A stretch of DNA of 64,000 bases, taken from the sequence record DRR723986_5155, one strand, 5' to 3'. Below, piece by piece: positions 1-9,359 of the stretch. Numbering within the stretch: position 1 is the first letter of the stretch; each line of letters starts with the position of its first letter. A program made the translations under genes and the position numbers. Under the pieces are notes generated by a model. It saw only the letters and a program-made list of their open reading frames with translations. It made no database searches and was not told the origin of the DNA.

Positions 1-30
1 ATTTGAACCGACGACCCCTTCACCCCCAGT
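1..30 (-). other. att site: 3' half of tRNA-Pro(GGG), truncated by the window edge
   Basis: Minus strand reads CTGGGGG TGAAG GGGTC GTCGG TTCAAAT (anticodon loop, 3' anticodon stem, variable loop, T arm). The 5' anticodon stem is CTAAA instead of the CTTCA needed to pair with TGAAG, and there is no D arm. The site lies just downstream of the integrase. Confidence 0.8.
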
Positions 31-156
31 TTAGTGCGCCCTCGCTAACGTATTGAGTTTTAGTGCCTGGAACGCTTCACCAATGTTCAAAAAACTCATG
101 TGTTCACTTCCCGTTCTTGTAAATTTGAACATGTGTTCATGGGCGCACTTCACAAG

Positions 157-1119
157 TCAGTATGACAAAGTGGCTGCCAGATTTCGCAAATGGTCAGGGC
201 TGAATTTGGCATAGACACGGCGCGTCACGTTGACGTCTCTGTGTCCCAGAAATTGTGCGATTTCTTCCATGCTGTGCCCATCTTCAGCCATCCAAACTGC
301 GGCGGTGTGACGAAACACATGTGGTGTGACGCCTGCAATGCCGGCTCGTTGCGCCGCGTTGCCCAATCCCCGGCGAATGTCTTTGACTGAGCCGCCTGCG
401 TATTCGATGACGTAGTCTGAAGTTCGAAGCACAAAGGCCCGTTTCAGCTCGTCTTGAACTTGCTCTGTCATTGGGACGATTGCCCGGCCCTTTCCAACGT
501 TTGTCGTCTTGAGTTGGATCTTGCCCCGTTCAAAATCCACGCGATCCCAAGTCAACTCCAAGACAGCGGAAACCCTTCCTGCCGTGGACAGCAGAAGGAT
601 CATAGCGAGAGAGATGTGTGGTGCGCTCGCAGATTTGAGAAGTTTCCGAAATTCCAGTCTCGTCAGATACCTATCTCGCGGTGCGCTTTCAGACGGGACC
701 TCGACAAAAGGAGCGCGCTCAATCAACCCGGTTTTCTCCGACCAGCGGAGGCAGCTCCGTAGGTGTTTGAGCTCCGTTGAGATGGTGCTTGGAGCTTTGC
801 CGGCCTCCTGTCTCTGATTGACATAGGCGCGGCAGTCTTTGACGGTTATCTGGTGGGGTTCATGGTTTCCGAAGAAGGGGCCCAGCGCCTTCCAATGGTA
901 GTACATATTGTTTGCGACCGGCTTGTCCGCCTTGTCGGCCTTGGCTTTCTCCCAAAGCTCCGACACTCTTGGATTTGGACTTTTGTCGATAGCACCATGG
1001 AGGTCACGGGCTACACGCTCTGCAACCTCGCGGTCTGACGTACCCGTTGAAATTCTACGGTACTTGTCTCCCTCTTTGAAGCTGATGCACCATTTTCCTC
1101 TGTATTTGATAAGCCGCAT
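157..1119 (-). CDS. int: Tyrosine recombinase / phage-type integrase
   Basis: Motifs TAGRVSA (R), HVFRHT (HxxR), LGH and VYAK (Y). Start taken at MRLIKYRG; ORF open from 1200. Confidence 0.95.
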   Translation of the reverse strand: MRLIKYRGKWCISFKEGDKYRRISTGTSDREVAERVARDLHGAIDKSPNPRVSELWEKAKADKADKPVANNMYYHWKALGPFFGNHEPHQITVKDCRAYVNQRQEAGKAPSTISTELKHLRSCLRWSEKTGLIERAPFVEVPSESAPRDRYLTRLEFRKLLKSASAPHISLAMILLLSTAGRVSAVLELTWDRVDFERGKIQLKTTNVGKGRAIVPMTEQVQDELKRAFVLRTSDYVIEYAGGSVKDIRRGLGNAAQRAGIAGVTPHVFRHTAAVWMAEDGHSMEEIAQFLGHRDVNVTRRVYAKFSPDHLRNLAATLSY

Positions 1120-1265
1120 CCTTCGTACTCCTCTACGAATTTTGATGGGATCCTGTACATTCGTCCGGTGCGAAAGTGCGCGAGCTCGCCGCGTTTGCAC
1201 ATCGCGCGGATGGTGTTGGTGGAAACGTGCCAGCGTTCAGCGAGTGTTTCAGGCGTATAGTTCAT
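1011..1265 (-). CDS. xis: Excisionase-like winged-helix (HTH_17-type) protein
   Basis: YTPETLAERWHVSTNTIRAMCKRGELAHFRTGRMYRI pattern; overlaps the integrase 5' end. Confidence 0.85.
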   Translation of the reverse strand: MNYTPETLAERWHVSTNTIRAMCKRGELAHFRTGRMYRIPSKFVEEYEGCGLSNTEENGASASKRETSTVEFQRVRQTARLQSV

Positions 1266-1560
1266 GTTAGCTCGATACCTCTTGCTCCGGGTATGCGATC
1301 CCGAATGACTGCAATTTAGCGTCGAGTTGATTTTGCTGTCTCGTATCTCGAGTGAGTAACTCCCGGAAGCCTGACAACTAATAGTGTGCCGTGCTCTTCA
1401 AGAGAAAGGTGAGGGTAATCTGGCTCTTCACCCTGAGGTGGGATCAGAAATGCATTTGGCTATCGTTCTGAGAAAAATTGATAAGAATACGTGCACGGAT
1501 AAGTATGACAGTTGGCAGACTATGCAGGAAGCCGCCAACAAATGATCTCCATACCTCCGG

Positions 1561-1851
1561 TCATACCGGTTTCGCCTCGGACTCGACCCTTGCTCGGAAA
1601 CTATCAGGCAAGGCATTCGGGGTCAGGACATCGACCTTCACGCCCAGCAACTCGCGGAGCTTGAAACGAATGGCCCCAATATCCATCAGCGTCGTTGCCG
1701 GCGTCGGATCGATCAAGATGTCGATGTCGCTTTCCTCGGTGTCGTCGCCACGCAAGACGGAGCCGAACACGCGAGCATTGGATGCCCGGTGCGACAAAAC
1801 GATATCCCTGATTTCCGCCCTGTGGGCGTTGAAGGCGTCCGATGGTTTCAT
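1561..1851 (-). CDS. Minimal nucleotidyltransferase (MNT, MntA-like antitoxin)
   Basis: VFGSVLRGDDTEESDIDILID (GS...DxD) and VDV motifs; ~96 aa. Confidence 0.9.
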   Translation of the reverse strand: MKPSDAFNAHRAEIRDIVLSHRASNARVFGSVLRGDDTEESDIDILIDPTPATTLMDIGAIRFKLRELLGVKVDVLTPNALPDSFRARVESEAKPV

Positions 1852-2270
1852 GCCGGTATTATCCCTTCTGTTCCCGGTTTCGTAAAGAACCACGTTCTGA
1901 TGCGCTCAATACGAAATCCAACCCTTGAGGACGGGAAAGACGTTAAGGCCGTCAGCTGGCGAAGCATGTCCAGAACGGTCATGTTGTGCTGGCGCCGCAG
2001 TATGTGGTCTAGATGGCGAGTTTTTCACGGCGTAAAACAGATTTGATAATAAAGTCAGTATGTTGTGAGTTTGCCAACTGGCAAACTTTTCCGGAGTCCG
2101 ACAATTACACCGGTATCGCATCGGCTTAATGACAGCATATTCCTGCCGGCTCCTGCTTTCGAAAAGAACTCCGTTTCGAAGCCCTCAACGCGAAAGGCAG
2201 CTCCGAAGAACTGCCTTTCGCTGCCCGAACGAGCCAAGGAGAGAACTCCCTCGAGCTGTTCGTTGTCGCT

Positions 2271-2588
2271 TTAGGCCCGAGCAGCCACGATACCCTGGGC
2301 CTTCGCCATACGCTTGCTGAATACCTCCGTCACGGCGTCCTCGATCAGGGACACTGTCGGCGCGTTGGTGCGGCGGTATTCCTCGCCTACCTTCCTCCAC
2401 TCAGCCTCTTGCTCTGGAGTTGCCGGCGTGTTGAGTGCCTCTTCCAGCTCGTACATCGCCTTCAGGCCGTTATCCATGAAGGCAATGATGCGCTTCTCAT
2501 CCCAGTCGAGGTATGCGTCCATCTCATCTGGCGTCAATTTCTTGAATTCATCCAGGGACAACTCGCGATCAAAGTGAATCTTAGTCAT
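2271..2588 (-). CDS. Hypothetical protein
   Basis: ORF with AAGGAG RBS before MTKIH; acidic, helical composition. Confidence 0.7.
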   Translation of the reverse strand: MTKIHFDRELSLDEFKKLTPDEMDAYLDWDEKRIIAFMDNGLKAMYELEEALNTPATPEQEAEWRKVGEEYRRTNAPTVSLIEDAVTEVFSKRMAKAQGIVAARA

Positions 2589-2664
2589 TGGTTCTGGTCT
2601 CCTTGTTACCTTCAATGATTATCCCACGGCCGATAACTGAGGACAAATCGCCGGCGAAAAAGGA

Positions 2665-4089
2665 TCAACGAAACCAGCCCCTCTTTTTTGGTTGCGGATT
2701 TTGTCCAGGAGGTGCCGGAGCCCTCGGTCCCGCCGGCCGCTTCGGAGGTTGTCTCTTCGGTGGCTGTTTTCCGAGCACGGTAGAACGAACTGTGCTGTCG
2801 CCCTGCTTGTCGTCGGCGCGTTGCTGGAGCCGCCGCGCTTTGTTTTGGATCTCCTGCTCCGCCGCATACTGGGTCCGGCCGATCATCTCGCCAAGCCATT
2901 CCGGTTTTGGCGCTCCCATCTCCGCATACAGGCGTTTAATGGCGACCTGCTGGCGAAGCATGTCCTGAGCGGTCATGCCCTTCTGGTGAGCGAGCTTGTT
3001 GCGATACCCTTCCGCAATACCTCTTTGCGCCTTGCTCATTCCGCCATTCTTCGCATTGAATTTCAGGATATCCTCAACTGCCTTCAATGGATTCCGCAAA
3101 GAGGTATTTTGAATTCGAGCCTGCCAATCTTGGGCACTTCTCGTCCTCGCAGCGGCCATGGATTGCAGCTTGCGGAAGCGGGCTAAGGCGGCCTGAACTT
3201 TCTGATCATCGCCAATTTTGCTTGCGACCTGAATGCGGGCAATCAACCTAGATTCCCGCTCCCGAACATACGCCTGCAACTTCCGCACATAATCGTCGAC
3301 CACCTGCTTCGCGAAGCCGTTGACCATGTCCTGGGCGCGATACTGGTTTTCGATGTCAGGCAGGATCGTCTTATATTCCTCGAATGCATCGTTCGCGAAC
3401 TTCTTCGCGTTGAAGATGCCTTTCTCGATGCTGTCATCGATGGCCGTCTGAAGGTTGTCGAACTGATGGGAGCCATCTCCCTTCAGGAAGTATTCGCCCC
3501 AAGCCAAACGGGCGTCGTCGGTACGGTTCTTGTACATGACCGCTTCACGAATGGCCGCCCGTTGCTCATTGGCATCGGGATCGTAAACATGCGGATCCGG
3601 TTCCGGGATGCCGGCGTCGGCAACCTGCCTGTCGAATTCCAGATCATCGTACGCCTTCATGACGTCCTCGGAGAGTCCGTTCATCGCGTGGTCGATCAGC
3701 GAATTCAGTTTCGCATTCTGGATGATTGACGCCACCCGCACCACCCGGTCGATATCTTCCGGCGTGTTCACGATAGTCTGCGATTCCGCAGGAATGAACG
3801 ACGGCGGCTGATAGCCGAATTCGTCGCCCATCATCCTTCGATGCGCGGCTGGATCAAAAGCTCGTCCAGTCACGTTGAAGCCGAGCTGCGCGCCCTGATC
3901 CATGTAGAACATCTGGTCCGGCATGAACTTTTGCGTCTTGCTGCGAACGACGTGCTCCGGGATCAGATCCGTTCCCTGGTCGGCGCCGATCTTCACACGG
4001 TTCGCCGCCTGGTGCTCACGAAGCGGTTTCATTTTGCCGTCGTAAGCAACCCGGTCACCAGTCAGTCGTGGGCGGTTGATATTCACCAT
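2665..4089 (-). CDS. Hypothetical 474-aa helical/coiled-coil protein with Pro-rich, basic C-terminus
   Basis: Long ORF, GAGG RBS, biased codon usage; no family recognised. Confidence 0.85.
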   Translation of the reverse strand: MVNINRPRLTGDRVAYDGKMKPLREHQAANRVKIGADQGTDLIPEHVVRSKTQKFMPDQMFYMDQGAQLGFNVTGRAFDPAAHRRMMGDEFGYQPPSFIPAESQTIVNTPEDIDRVVRVASIIQNAKLNSLIDHAMNGLSEDVMKAYDDLEFDRQVADAGIPEPDPHVYDPDANEQRAAIREAVMYKNRTDDARLAWGEYFLKGDGSHQFDNLQTAIDDSIEKGIFNAKKFANDAFEEYKTILPDIENQYRAQDMVNGFAKQVVDDYVRKLQAYVRERESRLIARIQVASKIGDDQKVQAALARFRKLQSMAAARTRSAQDWQARIQNTSLRNPLKAVEDILKFNAKNGGMSKAQRGIAEGYRNKLAHQKGMTAQDMLRQQVAIKRLYAEMGAPKPEWLGEMIGRTQYAAEQEIQNKARRLQQRADDKQGDSTVRSTVLGKQPPKRQPPKRPAGPRAPAPPGQNPQPKKRGWFR

Positions 4090-4457
4090 TGTCTTCGACC
4101 TCGAAATCAGTTGCCTCGAAGGTAGGACGAAGGACGGCGAAGGGCAGGAGGGAAACCGACGAAGCCGGGAGTTATCGCTATATTGACGATTCCGGAAATC
4201 GGGGTGGGCGAGCTATGTTGGCGGCCGATTTGTCGAGGCGAGATCGAGAATATTGCGTGAAAACAGTGACTTGCAAGTTTGCCAACTGTCAAACTTTGAA
4301 AATGGCTCGAAAGCGAAGGAGCGGTGAGCGGGATCAAATGGCCCGGGAACTGCTGAAAGCGATACCGGCTCATTGAGCGCGCTATTTTGCGGTAGATACC
4401 ATTCGCAAAAGGAGGCTAATCCCGAGCGGCAATTTTGAGTTCTGGAATGGCAGCAGC

Positions 4458-4973
4458 TCAATAGTCCGCCCAGTCCTTCACGACCTCCTTCTCCCTCGAG
4501 AAGCCCCTTGCGTCGCGAAGGCCACCGGACGGAGGACTTGTGGCGGCCGGGCGGTTGAATTCGGCGCTTTCCCGACGCGTCAGAACCTCTTCGAGGCTCG
4601 GCCGTCCAGCCCTGGTCGGAGCCGTGGCAACGACCACCTTCTTCTTCCGGCGATTGGCGAGGTAGGCATGGTATGCCGCCCCGCGCTTCCGGATCGGTTT
4701 CCCGATGATCTCTTCGGCGGCACGGAACAGCGCCGACGTTACCTTCCCGGTGATTTCTCCGGCTGCCCGGCGAAGGCGGTGCATGTAGACCTTCAAGGTG
4801 TCGGCGGTGACGTGGATGTCGAGCTTCGCCAGCGCGACCGCGATCTCGGCCCAGGTCCGATTGCTCTTCTGCTCAATGATGTCGTCGTACAGATCCGCGA
4901 TCCGATCGAGGGCGCTCGGCCCCTTCGGCGGCGCATCAAACGCGTCTGAGAGTTTCATCGTTGCTGTCGTCAT
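4458..4973 (-). CDS. Hypothetical DNA-binding protein (plasmid StbA/TraK-like HTH pattern)
   Basis: TWAEIAVALAKLDIHVTADTLKVYMHRLRR resembles the HTH of plasmid stability/relaxosome accessory proteins; family call tentative. Confidence 0.6.
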   Translation of the reverse strand: MTTATMKLSDAFDAPPKGPSALDRIADLYDDIIEQKSNRTWAEIAVALAKLDIHVTADTLKVYMHRLRRAAGEITGKVTSALFRAAEEIIGKPIRKRGAAYHAYLANRRKKKVVVATAPTRAGRPSLEEVLTRRESAEFNRPAATSPPSGGLRDARGFSREKEVVKDWADY

Positions 4974-5544
4974 TCCGGCACCATTTCGTCTTTATCGTCA
5001 TCATGAGAATCCATGTCGGCGCATCGAACAAGCCGCCGACGGAAATTCTCATCGGCTAGAAGCCGAACAACCATTTCAGGAAGCAAAGGCCGAACAGGGC
5101 GGCGACAATGCCGAGCGGCCAGAACTGGCAGAAGCGGCAGTTGTCCAGCTTCCGGTCGTTGCCGAGGTTGAGCTTGCCCCAGAACATTTTTGCGTGGTGA
5201 AGCGAACCGCTGATCTTTTCCCTTTCTTCGTTCTCCTGAAAACGTAGGTGCCGAAAATGCGAAACGCGACACCGAAAGCCGTTTAACTCCCGGTGCCGCG
5301 TTTTGATCGGGCACAGGTATTCCACACGACACAATAAACGGTGGGGTACGAAAAAGGACGGCATTGGGAGCTCCCTCATTGGATAGGCTACGCCGCGATG
5401 ACGGCCTCGGAATTCTCACCGACAGCTCCCTGTTTTCCGTTGCTAAAAACCCGATTGGTTATTGATGTCGCTGAAGGATGGCAATGCCTGACAGAGAGAA
5501 CAGGGAGAAGCAGCGTCAACGTGGACTTGGTTTCAAGTAGCGGT

Positions 5545-5943
5545 TCACAGGGCCTCCAGTTCCGGGAACCTTTGCCACTTGATGCCTCTGGATTCAATGG
5601 TGTGGCAACCCGGGGCATCTTGAACCGAACGCACGACCGTACCGTTGTCGATGACCATGCTGACAAACTGCTTGCCGATGTATGCTCCGAAGGAATTTTT
5701 CGCATTGAGAGAAATACAGCCGGCACGGCCTCCACGAGGAGCGTTGTCGAAGAAGTAGGTGATCTCGGCATCTCTGATTGAGTACGGATCCTTGAAGGTC
5801 TCCCTGACGTACTCGACGATAATTCGTCTTTCCTCCGGCGTTGCCGGTTTCGACGTCGCGACCATCTTGTCGACCTGCTCAGTGGTCACGCATCCCGACA
5901 CGGCCAACGCAAGCGCGGAAACGATCAAAAGTTTCTGTTTCAT
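5545..5943 (-). CDS. Putative lipoprotein
   Basis: MKQKLLIVSALALAVSGC lipobox signal; NAKNSFGAYIG motif. Confidence 0.85.
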   Translation of the reverse strand: MKQKLLIVSALALAVSGCVTTEQVDKMVATSKPATPEERRIIVEYVRETFKDPYSIRDAEITYFFDNAPRGGRAGCISLNAKNSFGAYIGKQFVSMVIDNGTVVRSVQDAPGCHTIESRGIKWQRFPELEAL

Positions 5944-6109
5944 ATTCAAATCAGCCCCCCTGAAATCGATAACTTCCGTTGGCATATCATTTTTTTGAAA
6001 CTGCGCTAGTGTTTCAAGGCAACTACTCTCGGTGGAAACGGCAACAACAATTTGGCTCGTCGTCTCGGACAGGTAAGGTGTTGCCAGGATAACGATGCGG
6101 GATCTCATC

Positions 6110-6763
6110 ATGTGCAATTTGTACTCCCACACATCGGCCCGACAGGCGGTCATTGATTTCACCCGGGCGATGAAGGTGGCCGACACGGTTGGGAACATGG
6201 AACCGCAAACGGGGATCTTCCCTGACTACGCGGCACCCATCGTCCGAAACATCGACGGCGAACGTCAGTTGTCAATGGCTCGCTGGGGAATGCCGTCTCC
6301 GGCCTTCACCCTCAAGGGTCGGAAGACCGACAGCGGCGTCACGAATGTTCGGAACACGAAGTCCCCGCATTGGCGGCGATGGCTCAGCCTCGAGCATCGA
6401 TGCGTCGTACCTTTCAACGCATTCTCGGAATACGAGACCGTGGACGGTAAGAAGTCGCCCGTTTGGTTTGCGATCGACGACGACCGACCGCTCGCTTTCT
6501 TCGCCGGAATCTGGACGTCCTGGACGAGTGTTCGTAAACTCAAGGAGGGGGAGGGGACGGCGGACCTGTTCGCGTTCCTGACGACGGAACCCAACAACAT
6601 CGTCTCCCCCATCCATCCGAAAGCGATGCCTGTGATCCTGACGGCCGAGGACGAGATCGAGACCAGGATGACGGCACCTTGGGACGAGGCCAAGGAGCTA
6701 CAGCGGCCGATGCCGGATGGCGTGCTGGAGATTGTCGCTCGGGGAGAGCGTTACGATGGCTGA
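6110..6763 (+). CDS. SOS response-associated peptidase (SRAP/YedK/HMCES family)
   Basis: N-terminal MCNLY (catalytic Cys2), RWG, RCVVP..F.E, IHPKAMPVIL. Confidence 0.95.
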   Translation: MCNLYSHTSARQAVIDFTRAMKVADTVGNMEPQTGIFPDYAAPIVRNIDGERQLSMARWGMPSPAFTLKGRKTDSGVTNVRNTKSPHWRRWLSLEHRCVVPFNAFSEYETVDGKKSPVWFAIDDDRPLAFFAGIWTSWTSVRKLKEGEGTADLFAFLTTEPNNIVSPIHPKAMPVILTAEDEIETRMTAPWDEAKELQRPMPDGVLEIVARGERYDG

Positions 6764-7523
6764 ATTCGTTGGCATCCTCGAAGACGCATCAAAATCTGCC
6801 AGATCCAGAAATCGCCTGACCCCAAGAAGTCAGATTTATCGAACCGTTTCGTTCGAAAGGTTGGTTGAGCTACTCACTTTCAAGAGAAACGTTCTCGTGC
6901 GGCCAAAATTGTGGGTGGACACCTTTGAGGATCTGCTCGGGAAGTCCACCCTTCGGATTGGCTCCAGTGGTCAACGTGCGACCTTCCGGACTGATCACAT
7001 CTACGGTCAATGCTGGACCCGAAACACCGTGTCGGACGCGATCTGGCAGATCTATTCGAATGGTACCGATGGCTTTCGTTTGCGAACACGGGTCGGCAGG
7101 CTCCTAGGATCGCTGAAGTCCCAGGTCGAGGAACCCAACATCAGTTGCTACATCGGGCGGGTGCATTATTTGAAGGACAAGGAACTCGTCCAATTCGGCA
7201 AGACGCATTTCACGGATTCCAACGCAAGCCCAAGTGAAGTGGTTGCCGGCGCATACTTGGCGAAGCGAAAGGCGTTCGAGCACGAAAAGGAAGTGCGGCT
7301 GATCTACCAGGCAAAGTCCGCGAAAAAAGAGGACGACCTCTTCAAATACTCCGTCGATCCGAATGAGCTGGTAAACCAGATCTTTGTCCATCCAATGGTT
7401 CCGTACGGGGATTTCACGAGGCTCAAGCGCGAAATTCGAAAAATGGGTTTCGAGGGACAAATCCGCAAATCAAAACTCTATGCCCCGCCCAAGGAATTTG
7501 AGTTTCAGTTCGGCTCGAAATGA
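6756..7523 (+). CDS. DUF2971-like protein
   Basis: CWT...AIWQIYS and KRKAFEHEKEVRLI motifs; overlaps the SRAP stop codon. Confidence 0.75.
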   Translation: MAEFVGILEDASKSARSRNRLTPRSQIYRTVSFERLVELLTFKRNVLVRPKLWVDTFEDLLGKSTLRIGSSGQRATFRTDHIYGQCWTRNTVSDAIWQIYSNGTDGFRLRTRVGRLLGSLKSQVEEPNISCYIGRVHYLKDKELVQFGKTHFTDSNASPSEVVAGAYLAKRKAFEHEKEVRLIYQAKSAKKEDDLFKYSVDPNELVNQIFVHPMVPYGDFTRLKREIRKMGFEGQIRKSKLYAPPKEFEFQFGSK

Positions 7524-8359
7524 AAGGTTCGGTGACAAGGCCGCTATGCAAGGTCGTTGCTCGCGTGCTTGATTTCATCACATCGAGGAGAAAACACGAA
7601 CCGATGAGAGACGACCAACGGAAGAGCGAACTACCGCAAAATCTTGATTCCTTGCACCGAGGAGAGGAGACCTTGCGGACGAAGGCAATGGGGGTCCTCA
7701 AGGAAAACGACAACCTCAAGGTCCATTTGGCTGTCGTGGAAGCCGCAATGGATATCGCCGACATTTTCAGGCAGTTCGAAACCGATGACGAAGACCTGAA
7801 GGTGCTCCAACTCATGGGAATGAGAACGTTCAACGCCTTCGGGGCGAGCTTGAAGCTGGCGTTGTCGGGATATCATCAGAACTCGGCCCTGATCTTGAGA
7901 GACGTGCTGGAGACGGTGTTTCTCGTAGATCTCTTCAGTCGCGACCATTCGTTGATCGAAGAGTGGAGGTTCGCGGACAAGAAGGCCATTAAGAGGAAAT
8001 TCTCTCCGTTCCAAGTCCGGGTCAAACTTGACGACCTGGACGGCTTCACTGAGAGAAAGCGTGCAGACCTGTATGAGCTATTTTCCGAGCTCGCCGGGCA
8101 TCCCACGATGAAATCCGCGTGGATGATGCGGCCGGACAAGAATGGCGACGCCGTTATTGGGCCATTCATGGAAGCAACTGCACTCGAAGCGGTCATCTCC
8201 GAAATGGGGCGCCTAGCAGTCCAGATTGGCGAAAAACTGATCACTTTCTTCCCACAGGACTGGGAAGCCGGGATTTATGCGCAAGCGGATTTCATCGAAA
8301 AGAAGCGGAAGTGGATTGAAACCTTTTTTCCGAATGCGGTTCGGCGAAAGCCTGCATGA
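7520..8359 (+). CDS. Hypothetical all-helical protein, DUF5677/HEPN-like (alternative start 7604)
   Basis: LILRDVLE and LYELFSELAGHP motifs. Confidence 0.65.
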   Translation: MKGSVTRPLCKVVARVLDFITSRRKHEPMRDDQRKSELPQNLDSLHRGEETLRTKAMGVLKENDNLKVHLAVVEAAMDIADIFRQFETDDEDLKVLQLMGMRTFNAFGASLKLALSGYHQNSALILRDVLETVFLVDLFSRDHSLIEEWRFADKKAIKRKFSPFQVRVKLDDLDGFTERKRADLYELFSELAGHPTMKSAWMMRPDKNGDAVIGPFMEATALEAVISEMGRLAVQIGEKLITFFPQDWEAGIYAQADFIEKKRKWIETFFPNAVRRKPA

Positions 8360-8426
8360 CCTGGACTACGTTCAAGATCGAAATCCGGCAGAGTTCAGGC
8401 CCCAAGACCGAGAACTATAGGACTTT

Positions 8427-9080
8427 ATGGAACAGGTTCTGACATCGGAAACTTCGTGGTGGTTTATCGCCGGATCTCTCGGTCTCGTTGTCGCGTTTTG
8501 CGTCAGTCGGGTCGTAAACTGGCACACGACAAAGAGCCGAGAGCTCGGAGACAACGTTATCCCCTTGCGCCGCCCGCGAAAGCGATCCGGGCATAGAGAA
8601 CGTAGAAAGCGGGCGACACCTCAATTCCCAACCTATGCGTCAGGTTTTGGTGTGCTCCTGGTCGTTGTCACCATCTCGCTCCTTTGGTCGGAAATCCGCT
8701 TTTTCGTTTTCCCTAGAATGCTAGAGGGAAGGGTCACGCACGTTCGCGACGGCGACACAGTCGAAGTTGATGGCACTGCGGTGCGACTGTCCGGGATCAA
8801 TTGTGATGAATTGGGAACATCGCTCGGTGAGCGGGCGAAGAGCGTTACCTCCAATTTGGTATCCGGGAGGGAACTAATTTGTCGATTGAATGGTGAGAAG
8901 ACGTATGACCGGGTTGTTGGGCGATGTGAGATGGCGGACGGTCGAGATCTCGGACGAGTTCTCATAGAACGGGGTGTCTGCGGTCGGTGCGCTGGTTTCG
9001 ACAAGCTGCGTTTCTATGCCGGAATTTCGTCGATACCTTTCCGGGGTTCCCAGCCTGATTATTGTTCGTGGATCTGGTGA
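8427..9080 (+). CDS. Membrane-anchored thermonuclease (SNase-like)
   Basis: Two hydrophobic segments followed by VRDGDTV..VRLSGINCDE..YDRVVG. Confidence 0.85.
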   Translation: MEQVLTSETSWWFIAGSLGLVVAFCVSRVVNWHTTKSRELGDNVIPLRRPRKRSGHRERRKRATPQFPTYASGFGVLLVVVTISLLWSEIRFFVFPRMLEGRVTHVRDGDTVEVDGTAVRLSGINCDELGTSLGERAKSVTSNLVSGRELICRLNGEKTYDRVVGRCEMADGRDLGRVLIERGVCGRCAGFDKLRFYAGISSIPFRGSQPDYCSWIW

Positions 9081-9168
9081 AAATGATGGTTTCCGCCGCC
9101 TGTCGGTTTGATGGCCTCTTCGAATCGCATCGACTGGCCGGACGGCCTCCAATCGACGTCGAAAATCC

Positions 9169-9193
9169 AACCTGTCGGAAATCCTGGCAGGTT
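9169..9193. repeat. Single copy of the 25-bp variable palindrome
   Basis: AACCTGTCGG AAATC CTGGCAGGTT; 22/25 identical to 13945-13969. Confidence 0.85.
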
Positions 9194-9359
9194 CGCCGCC
9201 TCCAAAAAACAGCCTCGCCTTCCGTCCTCTCTTCGGCCTCGATCTGTAAAACAGATACACCGAAGCCGACGGCGGATTTTTCCGCGAGCACAAGGTTTGC
9301 GATGTCTTAATCCGTTCTGATAGCTTCAGGTTGCATATTGCCATCACAAGGAATTTCGA

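Noticed and set aside
1-60. Intact tRNA-Pro gene
   Set aside because: The anticodon stem cannot pair and the D arm is absent; interpreted as an att fragment.
1920-1944. Degenerate 25-bp palindrome candidates (also 1355, 13773, 50995, 51180)
   Set aside because: The ends or length fit only partly and arm complementarity is poor; they were not counted as units.
157-5000. Prophage
   Set aside because: No structural, packaging or lysis genes; the relaxase points to a mobilizable element.
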